Of a DNA stretch of 61,740 nt, positions 48,016 to 58,025 are shown in pieces. The position numbers were made by a program, and so were the translations under genes. The DNA is from Desulfosalsimonadaceae bacterium (GTDB lineage: Bacteria; Desulfobacterota; Desulfobacteria; Desulfobacterales; Desulfosalsimonadaceae). Numbering within the stretch: position 1 is the stretch's first letter; every line of letters starts with the position of its first letter. The notes beneath the pieces were generated by a model, which searched no databases, was not told where the DNA came from, and saw only the letters and a list, made by a program, of their open reading frames with translations. The stretch lies in NCBI GenBank assembly GCA_046498365.1, contig JAWOAV010000002.1:1-61740 (forward strand). Reading direction: 5' to 3'.

Positions 48016-48780
48016 CTACAAATCTTTCAGCATCTCTTTTGCCTTGTTATGCCAGTATTCATGAACATCCAGTTCGAGCGCTTCTTCAAGCAGCTTCCGT
48101 GCTTCCGCATTGTTGCTACTGCCCCACTTCCCCTTTAAAATCTCTGCAAGATAAATCCGGCTTTCCACGTTGTTTTCATAATACGCTGTTTCCTGGAATT
48201 CACGGTACAGGGCTTCCGCCTTTTCCGTATCCCTGAACGGCCAGGGTACGACCTGCCAGAATCGGCCGAGGGAAATAATGGGCGAGCCTTTCTCAAAATG
48301 GGGATCCAGTTCATAGGCTTTTTCAAAGCTCGACTGGGTTTTGTCCTTCAACCCTTCCCGAAGCGCGGTGATGATGCCGACGCCGTCCGAATATTTGCCG
48401 ACATTTATGCCGTAGTACAAATATCCGCCGGGGTGATCCGGATTGATGTCGATGGCTTTTTGCGCATAATGCATGCCTTCTTTTCCGTACTCGACGCTGA
48501 TTTCCTCATACTGCTCCGTTCCCTCCATCATGTGCCACTGCGCATATTCCCTGAGCGCTCGGGCCAGCTTCCAGTGGGCTTCAAAATGCTCCGGGTCGCC
48601 TGATATGACTTCTTTATAAAGTACTGCTGCCTGCTCATAATTCTCCAGCCCCCCCTTTTTATAGAGTTCATCGGCTTGCTGGATCAGGCGGTCATACTCC
48701 CCGGTTTCTTCGGCCGCCATCGCCGGTGATATCCATAGAAATGCGACAAGGATTGCCAACAGATAAATACATTTTTTCAT
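48016..48780 (-). CDS. Secreted TPR-like repeat protein
   Basis: ATG at 48780 with an AAGGAGGGG Shine-Dalgarno. Signal peptide MKKCIYLLAILVAFLWISPAMA. Helical repeats resembling TPR. Confidence 0.65.
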   Translation of the reverse strand: MKKCIYLLAILVAFLWISPAMAAEETGEYDRLIQQADELYKKGGLENYEQAAVLYKEVISGDPEHFEAHWKLARALREYAQWHMMEGTEQYEEISVEYGKEGMHYAQKAIDINPDHPGGYLYYGINVGKYSDGVGIITALREGLKDKTQSSFEKAYELDPHFEKGSPIISLGRFWQVVPWPFRDTEKAEALYREFQETAYYENNVESRIYLAEILKGKWGSSNNAEARKLLEEALELDVHEYWHNKAKEMLKDL

Positions 48781-48966
48781 CGACCCCTCCTTTGTTAGAC
48801 AACAAATGGTTTCCGGACCAGTAGCGCCTGCACGACATTTACAAATCTTCATCCAGGCATTCAATAAAACAGGAAATAGAATACGGGCGAAACGAATGAT
48901 ATTATATATGCCAGAAACAATGTTTATCAATGAAAAATATGTTTGAATACGCAAAAAAGGCTCGGG

Positions 48967-51243
48967 TTATCGGTCCTTACCCCCTTCGCCAGGTTCTTTT
49001 TCCGATTCATCCCGTATCTTTTCCTGGGCAGCAACCTCCTCGGACGCCTCGGATTCCGAGGCAATCCGCACCGTGGATTCTTCTGCGGGCGGCTGGTCGG
49101 ACAGCTGGGCAGTTTCCGGATCCTTTTTAACCAGGTACATGGGGGGGGCGGCCCCGTCCTTGTCGACGCCGAACCAGACCGTGCGATGCGGAAACGGGAT
49201 TTCGATTCCCCGTTCATCAAACACGAGCTTCATCCTCTCCAGAAACACGCGCCTGACGGCAAACTGGCGCATGGGCCGCGTTTTGATCCGGACCCGGATT
49301 TCGACCGCCGAGTCTCCCAATTTGTTCATACCGAATACTTCCAGGTCACCCGTGATATACGCCCCCCAAACATCGTCCTGGCGAAGCCCCACGGCCACAT
49401 CCTGCAGCGCCTGCACCACGTCGCCATATCTCTCCCGGTAGGCGACCCCCGCGTCAATCAATGCGTAGCCGTAATCGCGGTTGTAATTCGTCACCGTGGT
49501 TACCTCGCCGAAAGGGACCACATGGACGGTACCGGCCAGATCCCGCAGCGTCAGTGTTCGAACCGTAAGATGCTCCACCGAACCGCTGTAACCGCCGGCT
49601 TCCACCCAGTCTCCCACGGAAATAGCGTCTTCCATTAGGATGAACGCCCCGGTGATAACATCCCGCACCAGGGTTTGCGCACCGAAACCTATCGCCAAGC
49701 CGACAACACCTGCGCCGGCAAGGAGTGGGCCGATATTGATGCCGATCTGGGAAAGCACCAGCATTAAAGCAATCACCACCAGGGTGATTCGAACGACGGT
49801 TCGAAGCAGGGGCAATAGCGTCATCTTCCGGGTACTCGTCCCTTCCGTTGCCTCCCGTTCAAGGGCGCGTTCTATCATGGCGCTGACAAACTCCCACAGT
49901 AAAAAACCGCCGGCAATGATCAACACAAGCAACAGCGATTCTCCAAGGATTGCGCCGCCGGCGGGCGAAAGCAGCCAACCGAGCGTTCCCAACCCCCATA
50001 CTTCAAGTATTGAAAAAACAGCGGCCACATAAATAACAACCTTGAGAATATTGTTCAAAAAGGGTCTATATCGGTCTGCACGGGCTTCAAGGCCGGGAAA
50101 GGCTGTTTTCATCTCTTCGCTGATTTCAAACAACCGATCAACGCCATGATGCATCAGGCGAATCAGCAAGCCGGCAATGAGAATAACCACCAGCGTCATT
50201 GTGAGCCCTGACAGAAGAAATGCCAGGCCGCCTTCCACATCAAGTGTCCAGATGAAAAACGTCCCGACAATAATGGCAATCACCGGCACATGCCACAGAT
50301 CCGCAAAACGGCGTCTGAAAACGCCCCGTTTCCCGGCATCCAATCGATCTCCCCCGGCGTCATGCGTTTTTTCCGGCGTACCTCTTTCCTGCCGCAGCCA
50401 GCCGGCAACGTCGTTTTTGTTCTGCAGCACCAGGATAACCAGGACGATGGTTACGGCCAGCCCGAGAAACTTCATCAGCAATGCATAAAGCCCCGCAGGA
50501 ACGCCCATCAGCATTCCGGCTTCCAGTATGAAGTAGCCGTAGACGCAGAGGTTGACCAACCGACGAGTCCAAATATAGAAGTAATGGAGGGATTCTTCGC
50601 CAGCGGGCACCAGGCGGAAGCCGGACACGTCCGGTATCAGCACGAGGCGGGCGATTGCTGCAATCACCTGTGAAATCGCACCGGCGTTCACCAGCGTCAG
50701 TACGATGAGCCGGGTCTCGTGGCGAGGGTCCGTGAGCGGAAGCACCGCATATGCCACCCCTGCAAATACGGCGACCGGTATGATGTCAAGAAGCGTACGG
50801 CTCATCATGAAAAGCCCTCTGAACAGGAGGGCGTCTGTTTCGCGATCCACCATCCGCCTGCGCAAACGGGCCAGCAGGCGTCCGGCCAGCCATGCGGCAA
50901 GGATTCCGGCAGCAATCACCAGAATCACTTTTCCTGCCATTTCCAACCAGATCGCCAATGTTTCCGGATCCTGCGCCTTGACGTACAGATCATTTGCCCA
51001 TTCGGGGACTGCCATCAGCCCCTTCCCCGCTTCAGAGAACTGCTCGCTAACCTCCTGCATGCGTTCGGAGACGGCATCAAGAAGGTGGCCGCCGGCGCCG
51101 CCGGCACCCATTTGTTCCCCGGAAGCATCAACCCCCTTCCCTGTCGTTTCATCTGCATTGACAGCATCTGGTGCGGACAAAAAAATCAACATGAGAATAA
51201 AGACCGGAACCATGATCCGGCGAAGCAATAAACGAGATGGCAT
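48967..51243 (-). CDS. Mechanosensitive ion channel, MscK/KefA-like (MscS family)
   Basis: ATG at 51243 chosen. Signal or periplasmic region, about 10 TM segments, and the MscS core GAQTLVRDVITGAFILMEDAISVGDWV...G.VE.LT.R. Confidence 0.85.
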   Translation of the reverse strand: MPSRLLLRRIMVPVFILMLIFLSAPDAVNADETTGKGVDASGEQMGAGGAGGHLLDAVSERMQEVSEQFSEAGKGLMAVPEWANDLYVKAQDPETLAIWLEMAGKVILVIAAGILAAWLAGRLLARLRRRMVDRETDALLFRGLFMMSRTLLDIIPVAVFAGVAYAVLPLTDPRHETRLIVLTLVNAGAISQVIAAIARLVLIPDVSGFRLVPAGEESLHYFYIWTRRLVNLCVYGYFILEAGMLMGVPAGLYALLMKFLGLAVTIVLVILVLQNKNDVAGWLRQERGTPEKTHDAGGDRLDAGKRGVFRRRFADLWHVPVIAIIVGTFFIWTLDVEGGLAFLLSGLTMTLVVILIAGLLIRLMHHGVDRLFEISEEMKTAFPGLEARADRYRPFLNNILKVVIYVAAVFSILEVWGLGTLGWLLSPAGGAILGESLLLVLIIAGGFLLWEFVSAMIERALEREATEGTSTRKMTLLPLLRTVVRITLVVIALMLVLSQIGINIGPLLAGAGVVGLAIGFGAQTLVRDVITGAFILMEDAISVGDWVEAGGYSGSVEHLTVRTLTLRDLAGTVHVVPFGEVTTVTNYNRDYGYALIDAGVAYRERYGDVVQALQDVAVGLRQDDVWGAYITGDLEVFGMNKLGDSAVEIRVRIKTRPMRQFAVRRVFLERMKLVFDERGIEIPFPHRTVWFGVDKDGAAPPMYLVKKDPETAQLSDQPPAEESTVRIASESEASEEVAAQEKIRDESEKEPGEGGKDR

Positions 51244-51564
51244 ACCTTTCCCCCTATGGAATGTATTTGCAAGGACATATTGTAAAGAATCGGTCAAGAT
51301 CGTTACCGCTTTTTCATTGGCAAAAAACCGATTGTATTTCTCAAGACGAAGCCGTGTCAAGCCCAAGTCACTACACCGAAACCCCTTAAAAATCTGCAAA
51401 CCCGTCAAAAGACACGGCTGATCGAGTTTTCTTGACTTCATTCAGGTATTGCCTTATGAATTAATAGGATATACCAAACCTTTATCGCATTTTTGCAACC
51501 AAGCGCAGCATCAACACAAACCATTCATGACGGGTAAACTTGAAACAAAAGGGGGGGTGGCGGA

Positions 51565-52890
51565 ATGAAAAGAAAATTGGGGTTTATGGGTGCATGTTTT
51601 CTGGTCATGGCGCTGGCTTCATCGGCACTTGCCGGCGGCGTCGTCAACAAGACCAACTGGAGCGTGGAATATATCCGGACCCTGAACCGGAACGCGGCCA
51701 CGGATTATGCCGACATCGTCTTTTACAACCCGGCCGGAACCGTTCACATGGACGAGGGGGGTTATGTGAATATTTCGGCCCACTATTTCCCAAAGCTTTA
51801 CGAAACAAAAATCACCTCGGGACCTTTTGCGGGCAAGTACGAAAGTGATGAACCGTCCTTGGTGCCCGGGCTGTTCACCGTGTACAACGCCAGCCGGTGG
51901 GCCCTCTTTTTCGGCGTAAGCAATACGGTGGGGGGCGGCAAAGTCATCTATGACGACGGTTCATTGACTACTGTGGCCATCGGCGCGGGTGTCATGCAGA
52001 CGGCCAACGCCAAACTGGCCACAGGCAACGTACCGCAGTCGGGTTTTTACAACACGATCAAATCCCAGAAAATCGAAGCGGAGCAGACAGGCCCCGGATA
52101 CATGATCGGTGGCGCCTACAAGGTCAACGACCTGTTTTCGCTTTCCATGGGGATCCGCTACATCGACGCGCAAAGTGAAGCCAAGGGGAGCGTAACCATT
52201 GGCAACCGGGGCAACCCGATCCCCCACATCAACGACGACCTCACCGGAAATGTCGACTATGAATGGGACGCCCAGGGGGTCGGCGCGATCTTCGGATTCA
52301 ACTTCACCCCTTCCAGGGACACCACAATTGCCGCCCGGTATGAATCCAAAACCTCCCTCCGGTACAATTACACCGTGAACAGGGACAACCTGGGTGTTCT
52401 GGCACAGCGGGGAATTACCACCGGTGCGACAAAAACCGAGGATCATCCCGCCACGTTAGGCCTTGGTGTATCCCAGCGCCTGCACCCGAAGCTCCGGATG
52501 GAAACCAACCTGACCTATTATTTCAACAAGGATGCGGACTGGGATGGCGCCGAGAAATATTTCAACAACGGATTTGACGCGGGTCTGGCCGTTGAATACG
52601 CCGTCACGCCGGAACTGCTGGGGAGCATCGGTTACATCTACACCAAAAACGGGATCAAGAGCAAAAATGCCAATAACATCACCATCAACCTGCCGGAAAA
52701 TCCCAATCTGGATTCCCATTCCGTCGGCCTTGGCGGCGCCTATGCAGTCACCCCGAATCTGGAGCTGAATGTCGGGACGGGGGCCGTATTCTACGTTGAC
52801 GACGACATCAGCGTGCAGGGGATCGGAGACGCCACCTACGAGAAGACCATTTATTTCGGTGCATTCGGCGTACAGTACAAATTCATGTAA
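51565..52890 (+). CDS. Outer-membrane beta-barrel protein, FadL/TodX-like (tentative)
   Basis: Signal peptide, alternating beta-strand pattern and C-terminal ...GVQYKF. The family assignment is by overall resemblance only. Confidence 0.5.
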   Translation: MKRKLGFMGACFLVMALASSALAGGVVNKTNWSVEYIRTLNRNAATDYADIVFYNPAGTVHMDEGGYVNISAHYFPKLYETKITSGPFAGKYESDEPSLVPGLFTVYNASRWALFFGVSNTVGGGKVIYDDGSLTTVAIGAGVMQTANAKLATGNVPQSGFYNTIKSQKIEAEQTGPGYMIGGAYKVNDLFSLSMGIRYIDAQSEAKGSVTIGNRGNPIPHINDDLTGNVDYEWDAQGVGAIFGFNFTPSRDTTIAARYESKTSLRYNYTVNRDNLGVLAQRGITTGATKTEDHPATLGLGVSQRLHPKLRMETNLTYYFNKDADWDGAEKYFNNGFDAGLAVEYAVTPELLGSIGYIYTKNGIKSKNANNITINLPENPNLDSHSVGLGGAYAVTPNLELNVGTGAVFYVDDDISVQGIGDATYEKTIYFGAFGVQYKFM

Positions 52891-52917
52891 ACCGCTGGCA
52901 ATACCGCTGCCGGCAGT

Positions 52918-52952
52918 AAAAAAGGATCGGGCCCGTGCCCGATCCTTTTTTT
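52918..52952. terminator. Bidirectional intrinsic terminator between convergent genes
   Basis: AAAAAA-GGATCGGGC-CCGT-GCCCGATCC-TTTTTTT. Confidence 0.8.
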
Positions 52953-52999
52953 GTTCCACCTTCGCCGGATTGCCGGCTTTCCCGCGTTTCACCGGCTTT

Positions 53000-54481
53000 T
53001 CAAAAAAGCCACTTTTTCTGGATTTTGTCGCTGCCGGCAGGCAGGCTGAAAAGCATGCCGTCCTCCCCGATGGTGATCCGTCCGGAAAAAAACTTTCTTG
53101 CATCCCCCAGGAAAACCGGCTTGAGGCTTGCTACCGGAAGCGGGGGGAGGATATGGGTCAACAGCAGATGTCTCGTATCCGCTTCCCTTGCGATCCGGGC
53201 CGCATCCTCCGGAGAGGTGTGATACAGCAGTATGTCCTCAAAAATGCGGGCATTGTTGGGACGACCGTTTTTTCGGGCCACCTCCGCAAGAACCCCGGTC
53301 ATGGAGGGCTGTAGCGCTTCCATGACCAGTATTTCAGCGCCCCGTGCCTGGCGGGAAAGCGATTTTACGGGCACGGTATCCCCGCTGACGACCACGGAAC
53401 GCCCCTTGTAATCGAAGCGATACCCCACCGCCGGATCTACCGGTTCATGATCGACGACAAAAGCTGTCACCGTGAGTCCGTCCTCATCGATGATGACCTT
53501 TTCCGTTTGCCCGGAAGCAAAGAGAAACTCCCTGGCCACGCCCCCGGCGCCGGCAGGAGGCGCCACTTCCGGGCCATGATGCGACACCCGGTATTCGGCG
53601 TCAAGGGAATAGGCAAGGTGAAATCCACTGACAACGGTTTCCACGCCGGGGGGGCCGTAAATGTCCAGCGGGCGCTTCATTGCACCGCCGGCCCATCGCT
53701 TCAGCAGAAGCTCCCCCAAATCTCCGATATGATCGGAATGAAAATGGGTCAACAGTACCGCCGTGACATCTTCGGGCTTAAACCGCATGACCTCCAGCTT
53801 CCTTACGCTGCTGGGCCCGCTATCGACAATGTAGAGGTTCCTGCCGGCGATTATCGCCGTGCAGGGGGAAGCCCGCCGGGGATCGGTCAGGGGCGCCCCG
53901 GAACCGATAAGGGCCACGTGAAGCCCGTCCGGCAGATCATCGATGACATTGGACGTCATGAAATCGGTGGCAATAAAACGCGTCAGGGTCAGTCCGATTT
54001 GCTTCTGGGAAAAAACAAGGCCGGCGAGGATCACAACGACTGCCGCCACAACGGCCAGCACCCGGGCGTTGATTATTTCCCCCGGGCGGAAGTCGTTTTG
54101 CCCGGGTTTGTCTTTTCGCACCAAAACCGTGATCGCGGCCGTCAAAACGATGATGAAAACGATCTCGAGCATAATGGATTGTGCGCCTGCCGCAGAAAAA
54201 CCGTCCAGGCCCAGGCTGACCATTCGCCCGACAATAATAAACAGAATAAAAACAACGGGGACGGCAAGCCAGCGGGCTCTCCCGGCGGCCGCCCCGAGGA
54301 AGCAGAAAAAACTCATTCCCAGAAAAAGGCCGCCAAAGTCGCCCCGGATGGCGTTGAGACCCTGGGCATGGGCCGGCTGGACGAAAAACGCCGTCGCAAG
54401 AATATCGGGAAAAGCCACGAATCCAAGGCCGATGTTTAGAAACAAAAGGCCGATCAACCCTGCCAGGATACGGAAGATCAT
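53000..54481 (-). CDS. Membrane-anchored MBL-fold metallo-hydrolase (RNase Z/ElaC-like domain)
   Basis: About five N-terminal TM helices, then LLTHFHSDHIGDLGELL (HxHxDH). Confidence 0.8.
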   Translation of the reverse strand: MIFRILAGLIGLLFLNIGLGFVAFPDILATAFFVQPAHAQGLNAIRGDFGGLFLGMSFFCFLGAAAGRARWLAVPVVFILFIIVGRMVSLGLDGFSAAGAQSIMLEIVFIIVLTAAITVLVRKDKPGQNDFRPGEIINARVLAVVAAVVVILAGLVFSQKQIGLTLTRFIATDFMTSNVIDDLPDGLHVALIGSGAPLTDPRRASPCTAIIAGRNLYIVDSGPSSVRKLEVMRFKPEDVTAVLLTHFHSDHIGDLGELLLKRWAGGAMKRPLDIYGPPGVETVVSGFHLAYSLDAEYRVSHHGPEVAPPAGAGGVAREFLFASGQTEKVIIDEDGLTVTAFVVDHEPVDPAVGYRFDYKGRSVVVSGDTVPVKSLSRQARGAEILVMEALQPSMTGVLAEVARKNGRPNNARIFEDILLYHTSPEDAARIAREADTRHLLLTHILPPLPVASLKPVFLGDARKFFSGRITIGEDGMLFSLPAGSDKIQKKWLF

Positions 54482-55311
54482 TGTTTGTCTCCTTTGGCTG
54501 CGATCATCATTTTATGGGCCACCTCCGCGCCGGCATTCTGGTTCTGGCCGGTCACCAAACGGCCGTCCACAACGACATGGTTGGCGAACATGTCCCGAAA
54601 TGCCGCCTTGCTTTCAAACAACGCCCCTGCCGCGCGCAGTTCGCGCTCGGGGTGCTGGGGTGTCATGGTGATCCCAAGCTCCGTTACCTGCTTGTCCGAA
54701 ACCGCGGTTACGCGGCGCCCCTTCACCAGCGGATCACCGTTTTCATCGGTTGCCCGGAGAAGGCCCAGCGGCCCGTGGCAGACCCCGCCGACCACCTTAC
54801 CAGCGGCATAGGCCTGACTGATTTTTTCCCCCAGCACACCGGAGGTACCCAGATCATATGCCGCCCCCCACCCCCCGGCAAGGTAAACAATGTCGTAGGC
54901 GGAGACGTCAATCTCATCGATGCGCAGGGATCGGGCGGCCTTTTCCTGGAATTCAGGATCCTTGAGATACCGTTCGTCTGGTTCTGATTTTAAAAACCAC
55001 TTGAACGACATGGGCTCGATGGGGATTTGCCCCCCCTTGATGCTGGCCAGATCCACGTCCATCCCGCCGTCTTTGAACACGTAGTAGGGTGCGGTCATTT
55101 CGGAGCCGAAAACGCCGGTCTTTTTTGATCCCTTATCCCCAAGCCTGTCGTGACTGGTGGTAACGATCAGGGCCCTGCCCCCCGGAAAGGAAACCTTGTT
55201 CCCCGGGTACGGTGGATGGAAACCCAGGGCCTTTAATACGGCCGGAAGGCCGAGCCACGCGAACAAAAAAACCGCAAGCACGACGGCGATGACGATCAGC
55301 GCAATATTCAT
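54478..55311 (-). CDS. Membrane-anchored DJ-1/PfpI (type 1 glutamine amidotransferase-like) protein
   Basis: ATG at 55311 with a GGAGGAGG Shine-Dalgarno. Anchor MNIALIVIAVVLAVFLFAWLG and nucleophile elbow GGVCHGP. The stop overlaps the next gene's start by 4 nt. Confidence 0.75.
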   Translation of the reverse strand: MNIALIVIAVVLAVFLFAWLGLPAVLKALGFHPPYPGNKVSFPGGRALIVTTSHDRLGDKGSKKTGVFGSEMTAPYYVFKDGGMDVDLASIKGGQIPIEPMSFKWFLKSEPDERYLKDPEFQEKAARSLRIDEIDVSAYDIVYLAGGWGAAYDLGTSGVLGEKISQAYAAGKVVGGVCHGPLGLLRATDENGDPLVKGRRVTAVSDKQVTELGITMTPQHPERELRAAGALFESKAAFRDMFANHVVVDGRLVTGQNQNAGAEVAHKMMIAAKGDKQ

Positions 55312-55433
55312 TGTTTCCTCCTCCTGTTTTTCTGCGTTTTTTCGGGGTGTGCGGTAAAAATTTCGAGTGACATCTTTTTTCAGCAATGCTTTTATCACAA
55401 AGGACACAGAGAAAATGCATAAACGTATTCATA

Positions 55434-56960
55434 TCAGTCGATACGCAGTTCGGTGAGCATCCCGTTATGGGACGGATAGTACATGACGCCGTCAAATCCC
55501 GGTGTGATCGGCAGTCCGAATCCCTGGGGAAGTATGGGGCTTTTTGTCAGCTCCCTGCCAGTGGCGGCATCCCGCCATATCACGCGCACGGTTGTGGGGG
55601 ACGGGAGATTGGCATCATCGAGAACCAGTGTACGATTGTCCGCAGGGCCGATGATCGCGGCAAAGCTCAATGATCGCTGCTTTGCGACCCATGCGGTGGC
55701 GAACCCTTCTTCCGGGTCCAGATCAATGGCGGCAAGCCTCCCCTTCAGAAAGTCATAGGCGTATACGCGGTTGTTTTCCGCGTCAACGGTCGGCAGGCTC
55801 CATTGCAGCGAGCCCGGCAGCCACCAACTGTCCGCGAAGGGGGCGAAATGAAAGACCCTGCTGTCATCCGCCTGGGAAACCGCGGTCAGGAAAAGCGGCG
55901 CGGAAGAAATCTGAAAATTCGTCTGTACAACCACAAAATCCCCGAGAATGGCCGGTGCCGTTCCGGGTTTTTTCCGGCCGTCGCAATAGGGGACCGGCCC
56001 CCACTGGTCGTCCAAGGTTATCCTGCCGTTTCCGTAGATATACCGGAACAGGCTTTTAACGCCGGATACGTATATATACTCTCTATCATTGAAAACGGTA
56101 TTGCTGATGCGCCCCAGGACAGGCTCGTCTACTTCGGCTTCGGCAACAAGCGTCAAATCATCCGGTTCCACAACGGCGATGATGGACGGGACTGCCTTGT
56201 CATGGTAAAACAGCAGGGCCTTGATGCTGTCTGCTGTGGCGCCTTCCTTTCTGGTCATGGATTTGGCGACCAGACAGCCGTCGGACAGGATGCTGAAGCC
56301 GTTATATACCGTATCGCCCGGTTTTCGCCCTTGGGGCGTGGGCAGTTTCAATCGCTTGACAATGGCGCCGTCCGCGGGATCGATCTTTGCCATGTGATAG
56401 CCGTTGACGAGATAGACATACCCATTGCCGTGAACGCCGATAACGCCGGGGTAATCCCAGTCTCCATCCTGTTTCGCGTCATGGATGCGGGTCTTCCACA
56501 ATATCTCCAGGGTATGGGCGTCGATTTTTGCCGCATAAGGGCCGGTTGCGCATAAATCGCTATCACCATCGCAGGTTTCTGTCGGCATCGTGGCCCCGCC
56601 AAGGGCAAAAAGCTCCCCCCTGTTGCGGGTCACGACGTTGTAGATGCCGGGAAGGCCCTTGATCGTCCTGGCATGGACCGAATCGGGGCCGGCGCCTGCG
56701 ATTTCATGGAGTGCGCATGTATAGGGAAAAGTATGGGTTCGTTCCGAAGAAAACGCTTCTCCGGGTGCCACGCTGGGATACCAGGGTGCCGCCGCTGGTT
56801 CGGGGGCAAGGGCCGCCGATCGGAAGCAGCGGTCTAAACCGCGGGTTTCACGGTTGGTAACATCCGTTTCATACGTCCGGTTTGCATCCCAAACCAGAAA
56901 CAGCGCGGCGGCAGAAAAAACAAGAACAAGCGCGGCGACTGCCTTTTTGGTTTTATTCAT
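55434..56960 (-). CDS. Membrane-anchored or secreted hypothetical protein, possibly beta-propeller-like
   Basis: ATG at 56960. Anchor MNKTKKAVAALVLVFSAAALF. Beta-rich repetitive pattern with no family motif recognised. Confidence 0.6.
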   Translation of the reverse strand: MNKTKKAVAALVLVFSAAALFLVWDANRTYETDVTNRETRGLDRCFRSAALAPEPAAAPWYPSVAPGEAFSSERTHTFPYTCALHEIAGAGPDSVHARTIKGLPGIYNVVTRNRGELFALGGATMPTETCDGDSDLCATGPYAAKIDAHTLEILWKTRIHDAKQDGDWDYPGVIGVHGNGYVYLVNGYHMAKIDPADGAIVKRLKLPTPQGRKPGDTVYNGFSILSDGCLVAKSMTRKEGATADSIKALLFYHDKAVPSIIAVVEPDDLTLVAEAEVDEPVLGRISNTVFNDREYIYVSGVKSLFRYIYGNGRITLDDQWGPVPYCDGRKKPGTAPAILGDFVVVQTNFQISSAPLFLTAVSQADDSRVFHFAPFADSWWLPGSLQWSLPTVDAENNRVYAYDFLKGRLAAIDLDPEEGFATAWVAKQRSLSFAAIIGPADNRTLVLDDANLPSPTTVRVIWRDAATGRELTKSPILPQGFGLPITPGFDGVMYYPSHNGMLTELRID

Positions 56961-57030
56961 CCCTGCCCCTCTATCCGTGTATAGTTGCTCTCCCTGCTCC
57001 TCCGGCCGCGGCGGTTCTGCTTCCCCGGTA

Positions 57031-57876
57031 TCAGCTGACTGCACCGCCCGGGGTATTGGTTTGAATTTTATCCTTCAGATACGCAAATCCCGGCGTAATG
57101 GACTCGTCCAGCCCCATGGGGAGAAGGGTTTTCACCGGCTGGCCGATATTCAGATCTCCACCGGACTTGAACAGATGCCCTACCAGCGCAGGCAACCGGG
57201 AGGCCGGGAGGCCAAGGGCGAGCTCATCGGGATTGATCCCGGCAAACGCCCGATCCCCCATGCCGGGGATGACGACCTGGGGGCGGCCGGTGATAAACGG
57301 CACCAACCCGCCCTTGAAACAGGTTTCCCCGAACCCTTCAAAGGCGGACATCACCGGTGTGGTATATTCATAGCACAGCGCCTGGATCATATGGTTGAGG
57401 TGGGTGCCGTCTCCGAAAACCATGACTGAATCCGGCTGCAAAATGGCCATGTGAAGCGGGAAACAGACAAATCCGATATATTCCTGCATTTTTGCACGTG
57501 TCTGCTCTTTTTCCGGTCCGGAAAACAGGTCGTTGAAAAAATCAAACCGGTTTTGCTCCGCATTCCGGTCTTTGTGCCAGCCCTGCCGGACCTGGCTCTC
57601 AATAAGATCCGCATCCGAGACCTTCACCCATTGATGAAAAGCGGACGCCGGCGTGCAGAAATTGTCATCCGCGGTCATGGCCACGTGCCATCCGTGGCGG
57701 CGCGCATAGGTGATTCCCTGGCAGAGACTCCACTTCTGCCCGATGACCGATGGCCGTATCGCTGTCTCCGGTATTTCATCCGCATCCTTGATGTAGGAGA
57801 TCCCCACCGGCCAGGTCGGAAGGTGCAACTGATGGTACAAAGACTCGCCAAGATTTCTGTATTCGCTTGTATCCAT
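57031..57876 (-). CDS. DUF169 family protein
   Basis: ATG at 57876 with a GGGAGG Shine-Dalgarno. PVGISYIKD...SLCQGITYARRHGW...FCTPASA pattern resembles DUF169/COG2043. Confidence 0.65.
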   Translation of the reverse strand: MDTSEYRNLGESLYHQLHLPTWPVGISYIKDADEIPETAIRPSVIGQKWSLCQGITYARRHGWHVAMTADDNFCTPASAFHQWVKVSDADLIESQVRQGWHKDRNAEQNRFDFFNDLFSGPEKEQTRAKMQEYIGFVCFPLHMAILQPDSVMVFGDGTHLNHMIQALCYEYTTPVMSAFEGFGETCFKGGLVPFITGRPQVVIPGMGDRAFAGINPDELALGLPASRLPALVGHLFKSGGDLNIGQPVKTLLPMGLDESITPGFAYLKDKIQTNTPGGAVS

Positions 57877-57915
57877 GGTATGCCTCCCGGGTTGAAGGAT
57901 ATGTGCCGTCATTTT

Positions 57916-57933
57916 TTTTAACGATCGTTAAAA
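57916..57933. promoter_or_regulatory. Perfect 18-bp palindrome, candidate TetR operator O1
   Basis: TTTTAACGATCGTTAAAA. It abuts the candidate -10 (TATCGT on the minus strand, 57938-57933) of the DUF169 operon promoter; the -35 TTGACA lies on the minus strand at 57961-57956. Confidence 0.7.
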
Positions 57934-57966
57934 CGATAATGAAACGGGAAAACAGTGTCAAGCATA

Positions 57967-57984
57967 TTTTAACGATCGTTAAAA
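57967..57984. promoter_or_regulatory. Identical second 18-bp palindrome, candidate TetR operator O2
   Basis: TTTTAACGATCGTTAAAA, centred 51 bp from O1. It lies just upstream of the tetR-side -35 TTGACA (57990-57995); the -10 is CATAAT (58013-58018). Confidence 0.7.
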
Positions 57985-58025
57985 TTTTATTGACACCACT
58001 GCCCGCACCCATCATAATCGCAGCC